Source: Candidatus Eiseniibacteriota bacterium (GTDB lineage: Bacteria > Eisenbacteria > RBG-16-71-46). Taken from it: 64,000 nucleotides of DNA. How positions within the stretch are numbered: the stretch's first letter is position 1; each line of letters opens with the position of its first letter. The position numbers were made by a program, and so were the translations under genes. Under the pieces are notes generated by a model. That model did no database searches. It saw only the letters and a program-made list of their open reading frames with translations, and had not been told where the DNA came from. The stretch lies in the NCBI GenBank assembly GCA_963725865.1, contig CAVSAC010000014.1:384001-448000 (forward strand). The letters are read 5' to 3'. Below, piece by piece: positions 10,693 to 21,319 of the stretch.

Positions 10693-11870
10693 GCGTCCTG
10701 GCCCTCCGAGCGCCAGGCCGCGAGCGCCGCTTCGGCCACCTCGCGCCACGGACGCCCCGCGCGCTCGGCCGCCGCGCGTACCGATTCGAACTCCGGTACC
10801 GCTCGCTCACTCCCGTCGGGCAGCGTCGCGATCTTCAGCGCCACCGCGCCGAAGGCCGTCGCGACCTCCGCGGCGCGCCGCGGCAGCTCCACGCGCTCCT
10901 CGTGACGCATGCGCACGCCGAGCGTGCCGGTTTCGGTGAGCAACCGGCGGGCGAGTGCCTCGGCCTGGTGTGGCTCGGCGATCACCACCAGCCACAGACC
11001 GGGGCGGCCCTTCTTCATCACTGTGGGCACCACCATCGCGTCGAGCGCGCCCTCCGCGAGCAGCCGTGGGATCAGCGCGCCCACCACCTGTGGATTCTCG
11101 TCGTCGAGCGAGGTTTCGAGCACCGTGACCGCGCGCCGCTCGAGCCCTGCGTCTCCGGTGTTGCCGATGAGGATGCGCAGCACGTTCGGCTGTTCCGCCA
11201 GCTCGCGCCCGCCGGCACCCAGTCCGACGCGCTCGAGCGTGTACGTGGGCGGTGGGCCCCACGTGTGCACCAGCGTGGCGAGCAGCGCGGCGCCGGTCGG
11301 CGTGACCAGTTCGGCGCGCACGTCGGTGGGCGCGATCGGGATTCCCTGCACCAGCAGCGCGGTCGCCGGTGCCGGCACCGGCATGCGGCCGTGCTCGCAC
11401 TCCACGGTGCCGTTGCCGAGCGGCAACGACGAGGCGAACACGCGCTGGACACCGAGCGCCTCCAGGCCGAGCACGGTACCCACCACGTCCACGATGGCGT
11501 CCACGGCGCCGACCTCGTGGAAGTGCACCTGCTCGACGGTCGTGCCGTGCACGGTGGCCTCCGCCTCGGCCAGGCGGCGGAACACCGCGCGGGCCCGCGC
11601 GCGCACCGTCTCCGGCAGGTCGCCGGCGTCGATCATCGCCTCGATGTGCCGCAGATGACGGTGCGGCTGACCGCCCGCGGCATTCACCTCGACCCGCGTG
11701 GCCTCGAGCGCGCCGCGTCGCGCGCGACCCACGGTGACCGTGGCGCCTGCGAGCTTCAGGCGCGCCGGCAGCGCCACGAGCTCCGCGGCCGGCCAGCCCG
11801 CCGCGACCAGGGCCGCGAGGCACATGTCCCCGCTCACCCCGGAGAAGCAGTCGAAGTACGCGATCCGCAT
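10689..11870 (-). CDS. larC: Nickel-pincer cofactor nickel insertase LarC
   Basis: YFDCFSGVSGDM, HFHEVGAVD, ELVTPTGA, MKKGRPG, PEFES. Confidence 0.95.
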   Translation of the reverse strand: MRIAYFDCFSGVSGDMCLAALVAAGWPAAELVALPARLKLAGATVTVGRARRGALEATRVEVNAAGGQPHRHLRHIEAMIDAGDLPETVRARARAVFRRLAEAEATVHGTTVEQVHFHEVGAVDAIVDVVGTVLGLEALGVQRVFASSLPLGNGTVECEHGRMPVPAPATALLVQGIPIAPTDVRAELVTPTGAALLATLVHTWGPPPTYTLERVGLGAGGRELAEQPNVLRILIGNTGDAGLERRAVTVLETSLDDENPQVVGALIPRLLAEGALDAMVVPTVMKKGRPGLWLVVIAEPHQAEALARRLLTETGTLGVRMRHEERVELPRRAAEVATAFGAVALKIATLPDGSERAVPEFESVRAAAERAGRPWREVAEAALAAWRSEGQDA

Positions 11871-11904
11871 GTCGTCCCCCAGGCCGCCGCGTCGTCGCCG
11901 CGCG

Positions 11905-12690
11905 TCAGCCGCGCGCGCGTCGGCCCCCGGCGACCGCGCGCCGGACGTTCGCGGTGTTCACCAGATGGGCGGCGTAGCCGGCCCCGAATCCGTTGTCGAT
12001 GTTCACCACGGTCACGCCGGCCGCGCACGAATTGAGCATCGCGAGCAACGGCGCGAGGCCGTGGAAGTGCGCGCCGTAGCCGACGCTGGTCGGCACCGCG
12101 ATCAGCGGCCGGTCGGTGAGTCCGCCCACCACGCTCGCGAGCGCGCCCTCGAGTCCCGCCACCACCACCAGCACGCGGGCGCCGCGCAGCTTCTCGCGAT
12201 GCGCGAGCAGCCGGTGGAGCCCCGCCACCCCGACGTCGGCGACCAGTTCCGCGCGACTGCCCAGGGTGCGCGCGGTCACGAGCGCCTCCTCGGCGACCGG
12301 CAGGTCCGCGGTTCCCGCGCACAGCACCACCACGCGGCCGATCGCACGGCCCGCGCGCCGGCGCACCACGACGGCGCGCGCGCGCCCCCACACCTCGGCG
12401 CGCGGGAACGCCGCGCGCAACCGTGCCTGGGCGTCCTCGCTCGCGCGCGTCACCAGCACCACGCCATGGCGCGCATACAAGCGCTGCACGATGGCCACGA
12501 TCTGCGCCGGCGCCTTCCCCTGGCCGAACACCACTTCGGGGAAGCCGGTGCGCAGCGCGCGCTGGTGGTCGAGGGTCGCGAACTCGAGCTGCTCGAACGG
12601 CGCCTCGCCGATGGCCTGGGCCGCCGCGCCGACCGAGACGGCCCCACGCCGCACGCGGCCGAGCAGGCGCTTCAGGTCATCCGGTCGCAC
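11905..12690 (-). CDS. larB: Nickel-pincer cofactor biosynthesis protein LarB
   Basis: RTGFPEVVFGQGK, AGTADLPVAEEA, DVGVAGLHRL, PTSVGYG, VVNIDNGFGA. GGAGGA RBS before the GTG at 12690. Confidence 0.95.
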   Translation of the reverse strand: MRPDDLKRLLGRVRRGAVSVGAAAQAIGEAPFEQLEFATLDHQRALRTGFPEVVFGQGKAPAQIVAIVQRLYARHGVVLVTRASEDAQARLRAAFPRAEVWGRARAVVVRRRAGRAIGRVVVLCAGTADLPVAEEALVTARTLGSRAELVADVGVAGLHRLLAHREKLRGARVLVVVAGLEGALASVVGGLTDRPLIAVPTSVGYGAHFHGLAPLLAMLNSCAAGVTVVNIDNGFGAGYAAHLVNTANVRRAVAGGRRARG

Positions 12691-13720
12691 GCGCGTCCTC
12701 CAGGTCGCGGGGCGGGTCCGCCGCCGCGAGCCCGCCGCGCTCCAGTTCGGCCAGGTAGCCGCGCAGCAGAGCGACCATCTCCTCGACCGAGCGGGTGTGG
12801 TTGACCTGCTCGCGCACGCGCGCGCTGTGCGGCAGGCCCTTGATGTACCACGCGACGTGCTTGCGCATCTCGCGCGCGGCCGACTCCGGACCCACCGCTT
12901 CGACGAGCATCCCGAGGTGGCGCACCCCGGCTTCGAGGCGCGCGGCCGCGGTCGGCGGCGCCAGCACCTCGCCGCGCTCGTGGAACGCGCGCAGGCGCCG
13001 GAACACCCACGGGTCACCGAACGCCGCGCGGCCGAGCATCACGCCGTCGCAGCCGGTGGTGGCGAGCATGCGGAGCGCGTCCTCGGGCCCGCGCACGTCC
13101 CCGTTGCCGATCACCGGGATCCTCACCGCCTGCTTGGCCGCGCCGATCATGTCCCAGTGCGCGTGGCCCTCGAACTTCTCCGAGCGCGTGCGCGCGTGGA
13201 TCGCGACCGCCGCGGCCCCCGCGTCCTCGAGCGCGCGGCTCACCTCGACGACGTTCGTCGAGGAGCCGTCCCAGCCGAGCCGGATCTTGGCGGTGACGGG
13301 CACGGTGGCGACCGCTCGCATCGCGGTGACGATCGCGTGGATGCGCGAGACGTCCTGCAACAGCGCGGCGCCCGCGCAGCGGTTGACCACCTTGCGCACC
13401 GGGCAGCCCATGTTGATGTCGATGAGGTCCGGCCGGCGCTCCGGCGGCAGGTCGCACAGCACGCGCGTGGCGTCGGCCATCACGGCCGGATCGGAGCCGA
13501 ACAGTTGGATGCCGATCGGGCGCTCCTCGGGCGCGAACGCGATGTAGTCGAACGTGGCGCGCTGGCCGCGCACGAGCCCGTCGGAGGACACCATCTCGGT
13601 GTACACCGCGGCCGCGCCCTGCTCGCGTGCGAGCCGCCGGAACGGCGAGTCGCTCACCCCCGCGAGCGGCGCGAGGAGGAAGGGCGATTCGAACTGGAGG
13701 GAGCCGATGCGCAACGACAT
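12677..13720 (-). CDS. dusB: tRNA-dihydrouridine synthase B
   Basis: LAPLAGVSDSPFR, DINMGCP, IGNGDV, MRKHVAWY. Confidence 0.93.
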   Translation of the reverse strand: MSLRIGSLQFESPFLLAPLAGVSDSPFRRLAREQGAAAVYTEMVSSDGLVRGQRATFDYIAFAPEERPIGIQLFGSDPAVMADATRVLCDLPPERRPDLIDINMGCPVRKVVNRCAGAALLQDVSRIHAIVTAMRAVATVPVTAKIRLGWDGSSTNVVEVSRALEDAGAAAVAIHARTRSEKFEGHAHWDMIGAAKQAVRIPVIGNGDVRGPEDALRMLATTGCDGVMLGRAAFGDPWVFRRLRAFHERGEVLAPPTAAARLEAGVRHLGMLVEAVGPESAAREMRKHVAWYIKGLPHSARVREQVNHTRSVEEMVALLRGYLAELERGGLAAADPPRDLEDARATG

Positions 13721-13751
13721 GTGGGGTCCGATGCCCGGGGTCTCGAGCGAT

Positions 13752-14420
13752 TCAGCCGCGCGGGGGCACGCCGGCGGGCCGGCGCCGCGCCCAGTCGGCG
13801 ATGTCGGCGAAGGTCTCGAACGGTACCGCGGCCAGTCGTTCGCGGCGGCACCACTCCAGCAGTCCACGATGAGCGAGCACGGTCTCGGCGGCGCGGGCAC
13901 CGCAGCGGTCGGAGAGGCCGTCGCCGACCAGCACCGTGTGGTAGCCGAGCGCGCGGTAGCGACGCACGTGCTGGGCCTTGCAGTTGCCGCATTGTCCGCA
14001 GCCGCCCACCAGATACGGGAACTCCGGCACCGCGCGGCCGCCCTCGAAGCGCAGGCGGTTCGCGGCGTAGGGCAGTTCGCCGAGGCCGGCCCGCTGCAGT
14101 TGATCGCGCACGTAGAGGTCGAACCCCTCGCTCACGACCATCACGGCATCCCCGCGACCGAGCGCCTCGCGCGCGAACGCGGCGAAATGCTCGTCGATCC
14201 GGAAGCTCCGCGTGAACTCGAGTGCCTCGGCCTCGGCCACCCGCACGTCGGCGCACTGCGCCTCGGTCAGCTCCCGGTGTCCGATGCCGCCCGCGAACCA
14301 GCGGTCGAGCAGCCGCTGGTGGGCGGCCGAGTCCCCGGTCGAGAACCGCCTCACGAGCGCGGCCCCGATGTCGGACGGCGACACGGTGCCGTCGAAATCG
14401 CACAGGTACGCGTAGGGCAT
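13752..14420 (-). CDS. MtnX-like HAD-IB phosphatase
   Basis: CDFDGTV, VVSEGF, CGQCGNCK, VGDGLSD. Confidence 0.85.
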   Translation of the reverse strand: MPYAYLCDFDGTVSPSDIGAALVRRFSTGDSAAHQRLLDRWFAGGIGHRELTEAQCADVRVAEAEALEFTRSFRIDEHFAAFAREALGRGDAVMVVSEGFDLYVRDQLQRAGLGELPYAANRLRFEGGRAVPEFPYLVGGCGQCGNCKAQHVRRYRALGYHTVLVGDGLSDRCGARAAETVLAHRGLLEWCRRERLAAVPFETFADIADWARRRPAGVPPRG

Positions 14421-14422
14421 GT

Positions 14423-16042
14423 TCAGTGCGAGGCTCCGGCCGCGATCGGCGCCGGCGCGGCCGCCAGCGGCGCACGCGCGGCCGGCGTCAGGACGGCGAA
14501 CACGTCGCGCGCGCCCCGGGCGCGGCGCAGCACGGCCAGCGCGCGCTCGAACACGGCATCACCTTCGAGCGCGACCTTCGCGCCGGCCGCCTCGCCCTCG
14601 GTGCGGCGGGCCAGCTCGCGGCGCAGCGCGCGCTCCAGCAGCGGGCGCTCGGCGGTCTGCTCGGCCGCGTCGCCGGGCAGCCGCTCCTGGCTCAGGAAGT
14701 CCTCGAAGCCGCGGCGCATCGCGTCGTCGATCGTCGCATGCGCGCCGGGGTGGGTGGTGACCCAGCGGCTCGCGAAGCGCAGCGCGAGCCCGCGTCGCTC
14801 GACCTCGCGCGCCAGCGGCGGAAGCGAGTCCGGCGTGATCTCGAGATCCGGCGCGATGCCGCCGCCACCGTAGACGATGCGCCCCGACTTGGTGCGGAAT
14901 TGCGGTCGTTCCGCGGCGGCACCGGCAGGCGTGGAGTCCGCAGGGCTGTCGGAGTCGTCCTCCTCGTCCACGCTCCCCTCGCCCGGGCGCGGGCCGCGGT
15001 GGATCGAGCGACCGCTCGGCGTGAAGTAGAGCGCGGTGGTGAGCTTGACCGCCCCGTTGCCGCCCGGCAGTGGGAACACGCTCTGCACCGAACCCTTGCC
15101 GAACGACGTCTGACCCACGACCAGCGCGCGGTCGAGATCCTGGAGCGCGCCGGCCACGATCTCGGAGGCCGAGGCCGTGCCCCGGTCGATCAGCACCACC
15201 AGCGGGGCGCTCACGTCGGCGCGCGCGTCGGCCGCGGAGTAGCGGGCGTCCGCGCCGCGGGCGCGGCCGTCGGTGTACACCACCAGCGCGCCGCGCGGCA
15301 GGAACTGCTGCGCCACGCTCACCGCCTGGTCGAGCAGCCCGCCCGGATTCAGGCGCAGGTCGAGCACGAACGCGCGCGCGCCCTGGCGCCGCAGCGCGCC
15401 GAGCGCGGCCTGCAGCTCGGTCGCCGAGGTCTCCGAGAAGCTCGCGAGGCGCACGTAGCCGATCCCCGGCTCCGCCAGGAAGGCGTACGGCACGCTCTTC
15501 GTGTGGATGGTGCGGCGCGTGAGGGTGAGCTCGCGCTCGGTGGACTCGCCCTCGCGATCGATGGACAGGCTCACCGTGGACCCCTCGGGTCCGCGCAGCA
15601 GGTTCGCGATGTCCTCCATGGCGAGCCCCGCCGTGCTCTTGCCGCCGATCCGCACGATCACGTCGCCGGCGCTGATCCCCGCCTCCCATGCGGGAGTGCC
15701 CTCGATCGGAGCGATCACGGTCGGGAAGTTGTCGCGGATGCCGACCACCGTGCCGATCCCGTCGAACGAGCCCTGCGCGCTGCTCTGCAGCAGGCCGTAC
15801 GACTTGGCGTCGAGGTACTGCGAATAGGGATCGAGGTCGCGCAACATGCCGCGCATCGCGCCGGAGACCAGCTTCTGGGGATCCACCGGATCGACGTAGT
15901 TCTGGTCGACCTTGTGGAGCACCTCGATGAACAGGTCGAGATTGCCGTAGAGGCCGCCCGCAGCGCCGCCGCGCCCCGCCCACCAGCCGAGCACGAAGAG
16001 CAGGACGAACAGAGCAGCGAGGAGTGCGCGAGTGCGGATCAA
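14423..16042 (-). CDS. S41 C-terminal processing peptidase (PDZ)
   Basis: LDPYSQY, PDZ domain, DLRLNPGGLL, ASASEIVAGALQD, FGKGSVQ. TTG start after GGAGAGG. Confidence 0.92.
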   Translation of the reverse strand: MIRTRALLAALFVLLFVLGWWAGRGGAAGGLYGNLDLFIEVLHKVDQNYVDPVDPQKLVSGAMRGMLRDLDPYSQYLDAKSYGLLQSSAQGSFDGIGTVVGIRDNFPTVIAPIEGTPAWEAGISAGDVIVRIGGKSTAGLAMEDIANLLRGPEGSTVSLSIDREGESTERELTLTRRTIHTKSVPYAFLAEPGIGYVRLASFSETSATELQAALGALRRQGARAFVLDLRLNPGGLLDQAVSVAQQFLPRGALVVYTDGRARGADARYSAADARADVSAPLVVLIDRGTASASEIVAGALQDLDRALVVGQTSFGKGSVQSVFPLPGGNGAVKLTTALYFTPSGRSIHRGPRPGEGSVDEEDDSDSPADSTPAGAAAERPQFRTKSGRIVYGGGGIAPDLEITPDSLPPLAREVERRGLALRFASRWVTTHPGAHATIDDAMRRGFEDFLSQERLPGDAAEQTAERPLLERALRRELARRTEGEAAGAKVALEGDAVFERALAVLRRARGARDVFAVLTPAARAPLAAAPAPIAAGASH

Positions 16043-16154
16043 GACCTCTCCTGAAGCGGCTCCGGACCGGGCGGACGCGGGTCCGCCGGGAGGAGCCGGC
16101 GGACGAAGAGCGCACGGACTATAGCACAGCGCCGCGCGGCGGCCGGGCCCCGGC

Positions 16155-17825
16155 TCAGCGCCCGGCCGCGGGCGGGAGCGCGCCGCGAGCGGCCTCGAAC
16201 AGCATCGCTTCGACGGTGGCCGCGGTGCGCTCGACATCGGGCGGCAGCGGGCCGAGCGCGCGCGCGCGCGTCAGACAGCGCCGCGCCGCGAGCGGATCTC
16301 CCGCCGCCAGCCAGCCCTGGCTGGCGAGCAGCAGGTGGCGCGGGTTCGGCAGGATCGCGCTCGCGCGCTCGAAGTGACGCGCCGCCGTCCCGAAGTCACG
16401 CTGCGCCGCGGCGCGATACGCGAGGTAGGTGAGTGCGTGGTTGCGCTGCTCGGCCGGCGGGGCCCATGCCCCGTCGACCAGCGCGAGCGCGCGGCGCTCA
16501 CCGGCCCCGGCGTCGGCGTTCACCGCGACCCAGCCGAGCGCCTGCAGGGCGAGCACCGGGAGCAGCCAGCGGAGCGCGCGCTCCAGTCGCGCCGTCGGGA
16601 CGCCTCCGAGCAGCGACGCGGCGCCGGCGCTCGCGAGCAGGCCGGGCAGCGCCACCAGGTCCCAGTCCCGCATCGCGCCCATGCCATGCGGCGCGACCGG
16701 AAACACCAGCAGCAGCGGAGCCAGTGGCACCAGCGCGGAGAACGCGAGCGCGCCGCGCGGCGAGCGCGCGAACGCGGCCAGCGCGTCGCGCCCGGCCGCG
16801 AGCGGCGCGATCACCGCCAGCGGCAGCGCCAGCGCCACCAGGTTCACGAGGTCCCAGGGCGGCGTGAGCCGCAGGTCCCGCGCGGACAGACTGCGCAGCA
16901 GATCGCCCGCGTCGCGGCCGAGCGTCGCTCCACCCGGCAGCGCGGCCGCCGCGAGGGCGAGTACTGCGGCCGCCAGCGTGAGCCCCACGTGCAGGCGCCG
17001 CACCGCGCGGCGGTCGTCGGCGAGCGCGGGGCCGAACCCGCGCCAGGCCTGCGCGATCAGCAGCACCAGGGCGAGCCGGTGGGCGAGCAGCAGCAGCAGC
17101 CACAGCAGCGCGGTGCGCACCGCATCGCGGGGATGCGCGAGCGGGCGCAGGAGCACCGCCCACCACCACGCGGCCACCGCGAGCGCGAGCGCCCAGGCTT
17201 CCGCGTAGCCCGCGAACGCCTGCAGCGTCCCGGCCAGCAGCAGCGCCAGCGTCAGGGAGCGCCGCCGGTCGGCCGGGGCACTCGCGGCCACCACGCTTCG
17301 CACGCCGGCCGCGTACAGCAGGAACAGCGCCAGCCCGATCACCGCGATCGCGGTCGGGATCGACCACCCGAGCCGCGCCAGGATCAGCGGCAGCGTGACG
17401 TTCACGAGGGCGTCGAGCGGCTGCGCGTGCAGGAAGCGCGCGAACGCGGCCAGATCCCAGCCGCCGGCGCCGCGGTCGGCGAGGGCGATCAGCGTGCGGA
17501 AGCGCATCTCGGTGTCGCCGAGCAGATGGGGCTGCTCGCGGAGTGGGAACGCGAGCGCCAGCCCCAGCGCGGCCACGATCGCCGCGAGCGGCACCCGCGG
17601 CAGCCGTGCCGCCGCCGCGAGCGCCACGCATCCCACCACCAGGGCCGCGGCCATCGCGGGACGGACGGAACGCAATCCGTCGAGCGCCCAGACCAGATTC
17701 GAGGCGGGCGGGGCGACGGCCAGCACCGCGAGCCACGCCAGCGTGAGGACCATCAGCGCGCGCGACGTCCGCGCCTCGGCGCCCGCGACCGATGCGACCG
17801 GGCGAGCGGAAACGCCCACGCTCAC
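16155..17825 (-). CDS. Polytopic membrane protein with a C-terminal TPR-like region (possibly GT-C-like)
   Basis: Many hydrophobic segments with loop motifs LLGD, AGYAE, RDWDL. GTG start overlaps the tmk stop. Confidence 0.65.
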   Translation of the reverse strand: MSVGVSARPVASVAGAEARTSRALMVLTLAWLAVLAVAPPASNLVWALDGLRSVRPAMAAALVVGCVALAAAARLPRVPLAAIVAALGLALAFPLREQPHLLGDTEMRFRTLIALADRGAGGWDLAAFARFLHAQPLDALVNVTLPLILARLGWSIPTAIAVIGLALFLLYAAGVRSVVAASAPADRRRSLTLALLLAGTLQAFAGYAEAWALALAVAAWWWAVLLRPLAHPRDAVRTALLWLLLLLAHRLALVLLIAQAWRGFGPALADDRRAVRRLHVGLTLAAAVLALAAAALPGGATLGRDAGDLLRSLSARDLRLTPPWDLVNLVALALPLAVIAPLAAGRDALAAFARSPRGALAFSALVPLAPLLLVFPVAPHGMGAMRDWDLVALPGLLASAGAASLLGGVPTARLERALRWLLPVLALQALGWVAVNADAGAGERRALALVDGAWAPPAEQRNHALTYLAYRAAAQRDFGTAARHFERASAILPNPRHLLLASQGWLAAGDPLAARRCLTRARALGPLPPDVERTAATVEAMLFEAARGALPPAAGR

Positions 17826-18460
17826 GCCTTCCGGCCGGCGCCCACCAGTCGTGGCTCGAGCACCTCCCACGCGCGGGTCTCGAGCAGGTCGGGGCCCTGT
17901 CGCGCATCCAGCGTCACCCAGCGGCGGGGCTCGGCGGCGGCGAGCGCACGATAGGCATCGTGCACGCGAGTGTGGAACGCGAGGTCCTCGCGATCGAGCC
18001 GGTTCGTGTCGTCGGCGGCGCCCGCGCGGCGCGCGAGCCCGACCTCGGGCGCGAGGTCGAACCACAGCGTGAGATCGGGCGCCAGCCCCCCGGTCGCCAC
18101 GCGATTCCATTCGGCGAGCATCGCGCGATCGAGTCCGCGACCGCCACCCTGGTAGGCGAGCGTCGAGTCGGCGTAGCGGTCGCAGAGCACCACGCGCCCC
18201 TGCGCGAGCGCGGGGCGGATCACCGCGGCGACCAGATCGGCGCGCGCCGCCTCCATGAGCAGCGCCTCCGACACCGCGCCGGGTGCGAGCGACGGCGTGA
18301 GCAGCAGCGCGCGCACGCCCTCGGCGAGCGGCGTGCCGCCGGGCTCGCGCGTCAACAGCGGATCGTGGCCGGCGGTGCGCAGGCGCTCCGCCAGCCGGCG
18401 GAGCACCGTGGTCTTGCCCGAGCCCTCGCCGCCCTCGAAGGTGACGAAGAGCCCGGGCAT
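17822..18460 (-). CDS. tmk: Thymidylate kinase
   Basis: FEGGEGSGKTT, TREPGGT, CDRYADSTLAYQG. Alternative start at 18481. Confidence 0.95.
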   Translation of the reverse strand: MPGLFVTFEGGEGSGKTTVLRRLAERLRTAGHDPLLTREPGGTPLAEGVRALLLTPSLAPGAVSEALLMEAARADLVAAVIRPALAQGRVVLCDRYADSTLAYQGGGRGLDRAMLAEWNRVATGGLAPDLTLWFDLAPEVGLARRAGAADDTNRLDREDLAFHTRVHDAYRALAAAEPRRWVTLDARQGPDLLETRAWEVLEPRLVGAGRKA

Positions 18461-18485
18461 CCGTCGCTCCGCGTGGCCCACGCGC

Positions 18486-19715
18486 TCAGCGCGCGCGGCC
18501 CGCCTTCGCCTTCGCGCGCCGGGCCGGCTTGCGCGCCGCGGTTGTGCGCGCCTTCGGTCCGGAACCGTTCACGGCGGGGCCCGTGGTCGGCGCGGCCTCG
18601 CGCTGGACGGTCGGCGCCTTGATGCGCAGCGACCGCTCGACGCCCTTCGGGTCGCGGATGAACGCTTCGGTCAACTCGCGCGCGGCGTCGTCCGGGATCT
18701 GCACCGGCGGCGACTTCTTGAAGTACGACGACGGCGCGATGAGCGCGCCCTTGAGGCCGTGGTCGAGCCCGATCTTGGCGCAGCGCACCGCATCGATCAC
18801 CACGCCGGCCGAGTTGGGCGAGTCCCAGACCTCGAGCTTGAGCTCCAGGTTGAGCGGCACGTCACCGAACGTCGTGCCCTCCATCCGGATGTGGCACCAC
18901 TTGCGGTCCTTGAGCCACGGGATGTAGTCGCTGGGGCCGACGTGGATGTCGTCCTCGTGCAGCTCGTACGGCATGATGCTGGTGACGGCGCGGGTCTTCG
19001 AGATCTTCTTCGACTCGAGGCGCTCGCGCTCGAGCATGTTGAGGAAGTCGGTGTTGCCCCCGAAATTGAGCTGATACGTGCGGTCGATGCGCACCGCGCG
19101 GTCCACGAACAGCCGCGTCAGCACGCGGTGGGTGATGGTCGCGCCGACCTGCGACTTGATGTCGTCCCCGATCACGGGCAGCCCGCGCTTCTCGAACCGC
19201 CGCTGCCAGTACGGCTCGCGGGCGATGAACACCGGGATGCAGTTCACGAACGCGCAGCCGGCCTCGAGCACCTGCTCGACGTACCACTTGGTGGCCTCCT
19301 CGGAGCCCACCGGCAGGTAGTTCACGACCACGTCGGTCTGCGTGTCCCTGAGCAGCTTCACGATGTCGACGGTGGAGCCCGGCGCCTTCTGGATGATCTG
19401 CGAGAGGTACTTGCCGAGCCCGTCGTGCGTCATGCCGCGCTGCACCGTCACGCCCATCTTGGGCACCTTGGTGAACACGAACGTGTTGTTCGGCCATTCC
19501 ACGATGGCCTGCGAGACATCCTTGCCCACCTTGTTCTTGTCGATGTCGATGGCGGCCACGATCTCGACGTCGCGGATGTGGTATCCGCCGAGGTTCGCGT
19601 GCATGAGCCCCGGGATGCGGTCGCTCTCCTTGGCATTGCGGTAGTAGTGGAGCCCCTGCACGAACGAGGACGCGCAATTGCCCACACCGATGATCGCGAC
19701 TCGGACCTTGCCCAT
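18486..19715 (-). CDS. ino1: myo-inositol-1-phosphate synthase
   Basis: [49 protein letters not shown]. Confidence 0.95.
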   Translation of the reverse strand: MGKVRVAIIGVGNCASSFVQGLHYYRNAKESDRIPGLMHANLGGYHIRDVEIVAAIDIDKNKVGKDVSQAIVEWPNNTFVFTKVPKMGVTVQRGMTHDGLGKYLSQIIQKAPGSTVDIVKLLRDTQTDVVVNYLPVGSEEATKWYVEQVLEAGCAFVNCIPVFIAREPYWQRRFEKRGLPVIGDDIKSQVGATITHRVLTRLFVDRAVRIDRTYQLNFGGNTDFLNMLERERLESKKISKTRAVTSIMPYELHEDDIHVGPSDYIPWLKDRKWCHIRMEGTTFGDVPLNLELKLEVWDSPNSAGVVIDAVRCAKIGLDHGLKGALIAPSSYFKKSPPVQIPDDAARELTEAFIRDPKGVERSLRIKAPTVQREAAPTTGPAVNGSGPKARTTAARKPARRAKAKAGRAR

Positions 19716-19729
19716 CGAGACCGAACCTC

Positions 19730-20458
19730 CTATCCGTCCTGACCCGCTCCGCGGGTGATCTTCCAAACGTGGACGACGCGCTGCGCCGCCGTGATGAACG
19801 AGAGCAGCGCCAGCAACAGCAGTGCGCCGGACATCGCCCAGAACACCTTGAGCAGCCCCGCCAGGATGAGCAGCGCGAGCCGCTCCGGGCGCTCGAACCA
19901 GCCCACCTTGCACGCCAGCCCGAGCCCCTCGGCCCGCGCCCGCGTGTACGACACCATGAACGAACCCAGCGCGGCGACCATCGCGGTCACGGCGAGCAGC
20001 GCCCAGGTCACCGGCAGCAGGCCCATGGCAGCCTGCTCGAGCACGCGCCGGGGATCGAACACGAGCGCCAGCAGGTTGCGGATGTAGAAGCCCGCGATGC
20101 CGATCAGCACCGCGCCTTCGGCGACGCGGTCGAGCGTGGAATCGAAGAACGCACCGAAGCGCGTCTCACCCCCCGAGCCGCGCGCCACCTGTCCGTCGAG
20201 GATGTCGCAGAGCCCGGCCAGCAGCAGGAACACCGCGCCCAACTGTGGGTGCGCGTCGAAGAACGCGTACGCCGCCAGCAGGCTGAGCAGCAGCCCCGCC
20301 ACCGTGAGGTGGTTGGCGCGGATGCCCACGCCCACCAGCCCGCGCACCACCGGGTCGAGCACCGCGTGCGCGCCGACGCGCAGGCGCGCCTTGAGCGCCT
20401 GCAGCGCTCCCGCGCGCGGCGGCGCCGGCGTGCCGGAGACGGCCTGGCGCACGGTCAC
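19730..20458 (-). CDS. CDP-alcohol phosphatidyltransferase (likely phosphatidylinositol-phosphate synthase)
   Basis: DILDGQVAR...[24 protein letters not shown]. Directly upstream of ino1. Confidence 0.85.
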   Translation of the reverse strand: MTVRQAVSGTPAPPRAGALQALKARLRVGAHAVLDPVVRGLVGVGIRANHLTVAGLLLSLLAAYAFFDAHPQLGAVFLLLAGLCDILDGQVARGSGGETRFGAFFDSTLDRVAEGAVLIGIAGFYIRNLLALVFDPRRVLEQAAMGLLPVTWALLAVTAMVAALGSFMVSYTRARAEGLGLACKVGWFERPERLALLILAGLLKVFWAMSGALLLLALLSFITAAQRVVHVWKITRGAGQDG

Positions 20459-21201
20459 GCTCCCGCCTCGTCCTTGCGCGTCCACCCCCCGAGCACCAAC
20501 ACCATCTCGCCTCGTCTCTGGTCGGGCCGCAGCGCCGCGCGCACCTCGCTCGCGGTCCCGCGCAGCACCTGTTCGTGCACCTTCGTCAGCTCGCGCGCCA
20601 GCGCGATGGGCCGCTCGCCCCAGACCGCCTCGAGATCCTCGAGGCACGCCACGATGCGATGCGGCGATTCGAACGCCACCAGCGTCTCGCGCCGGTCGCG
20701 CCACTCCTCCAGGCGGCGGCGGCGCGCCGCGCCCTTCACCGGCAGGAACCCCACGAACGTGAACGCGTCCGTCGGCAGTCCGCTGACCTGGAGCGCGGCG
20801 ATCACCGCGCTCGGCCCCGGCACGCTCTCGACCCGCACGCCCGCGGCGACTGCGGCCCGCACCAGCGGATACCCTGGATCGCTCACGCCCGGCGAGCCCG
20901 CGTCGGTCACCAGGGCGACCGAGTCGCCCTCCTCCAGCCGCCGCAGCAGACCCGGGATGCGCGCGCGCTCATTGTGCTCGAACACGCTGGTGACCGGCAC
21001 CGACAACCCGAAGTGCTCGAGCAGCCGCCGCGTGTGACGCGTGTCCTCGGCGGCCACGAGCGCCACCTCGCCGAGCACGCGCAGCGCGCGCCGGGTGATG
21101 TCCTCGAGATTGCCGATGGGGGTCGCCACCAGGAACAGAGTCCCCGGCGGCCGCGCGTCGGTCACAGATGTCCTTAGAGCCCGCGGGTGCCCCGCAGTCA
21201 T
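20455..21201 (-). CDS. rsmI: 16S rRNA C1402 2'-O-methyltransferase
   Basis: VATPIGNLEDIT, AEDTR, DAGSPGVSDPG, FESPHR, ARELTKVHE. Confidence 0.95.
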   Translation of the reverse strand: MTAGHPRALRTSVTDARPPGTLFLVATPIGNLEDITRRALRVLGEVALVAAEDTRHTRRLLEHFGLSVPVTSVFEHNERARIPGLLRRLEEGDSVALVTDAGSPGVSDPGYPLVRAAVAAGVRVESVPGPSAVIAALQVSGLPTDAFTFVGFLPVKGAARRRRLEEWRDRRETLVAFESPHRIVACLEDLEAVWGERPIALARELTKVHEQVLRGTASEVRAALRPDQRRGEMVLVLGGWTRKDEAGA

Positions 21202-21319
21202 GTCGGAAACCGGCGCAAGGTAGCACCGGGGCCCCGGCGACGTCTACTGACGGCGCGCCGGGACCGCGCGCGGGTGGCGTCGGTGCGCCGAGCGCGACCG
21301 CTCCGGTCCGCCGCGGGAG

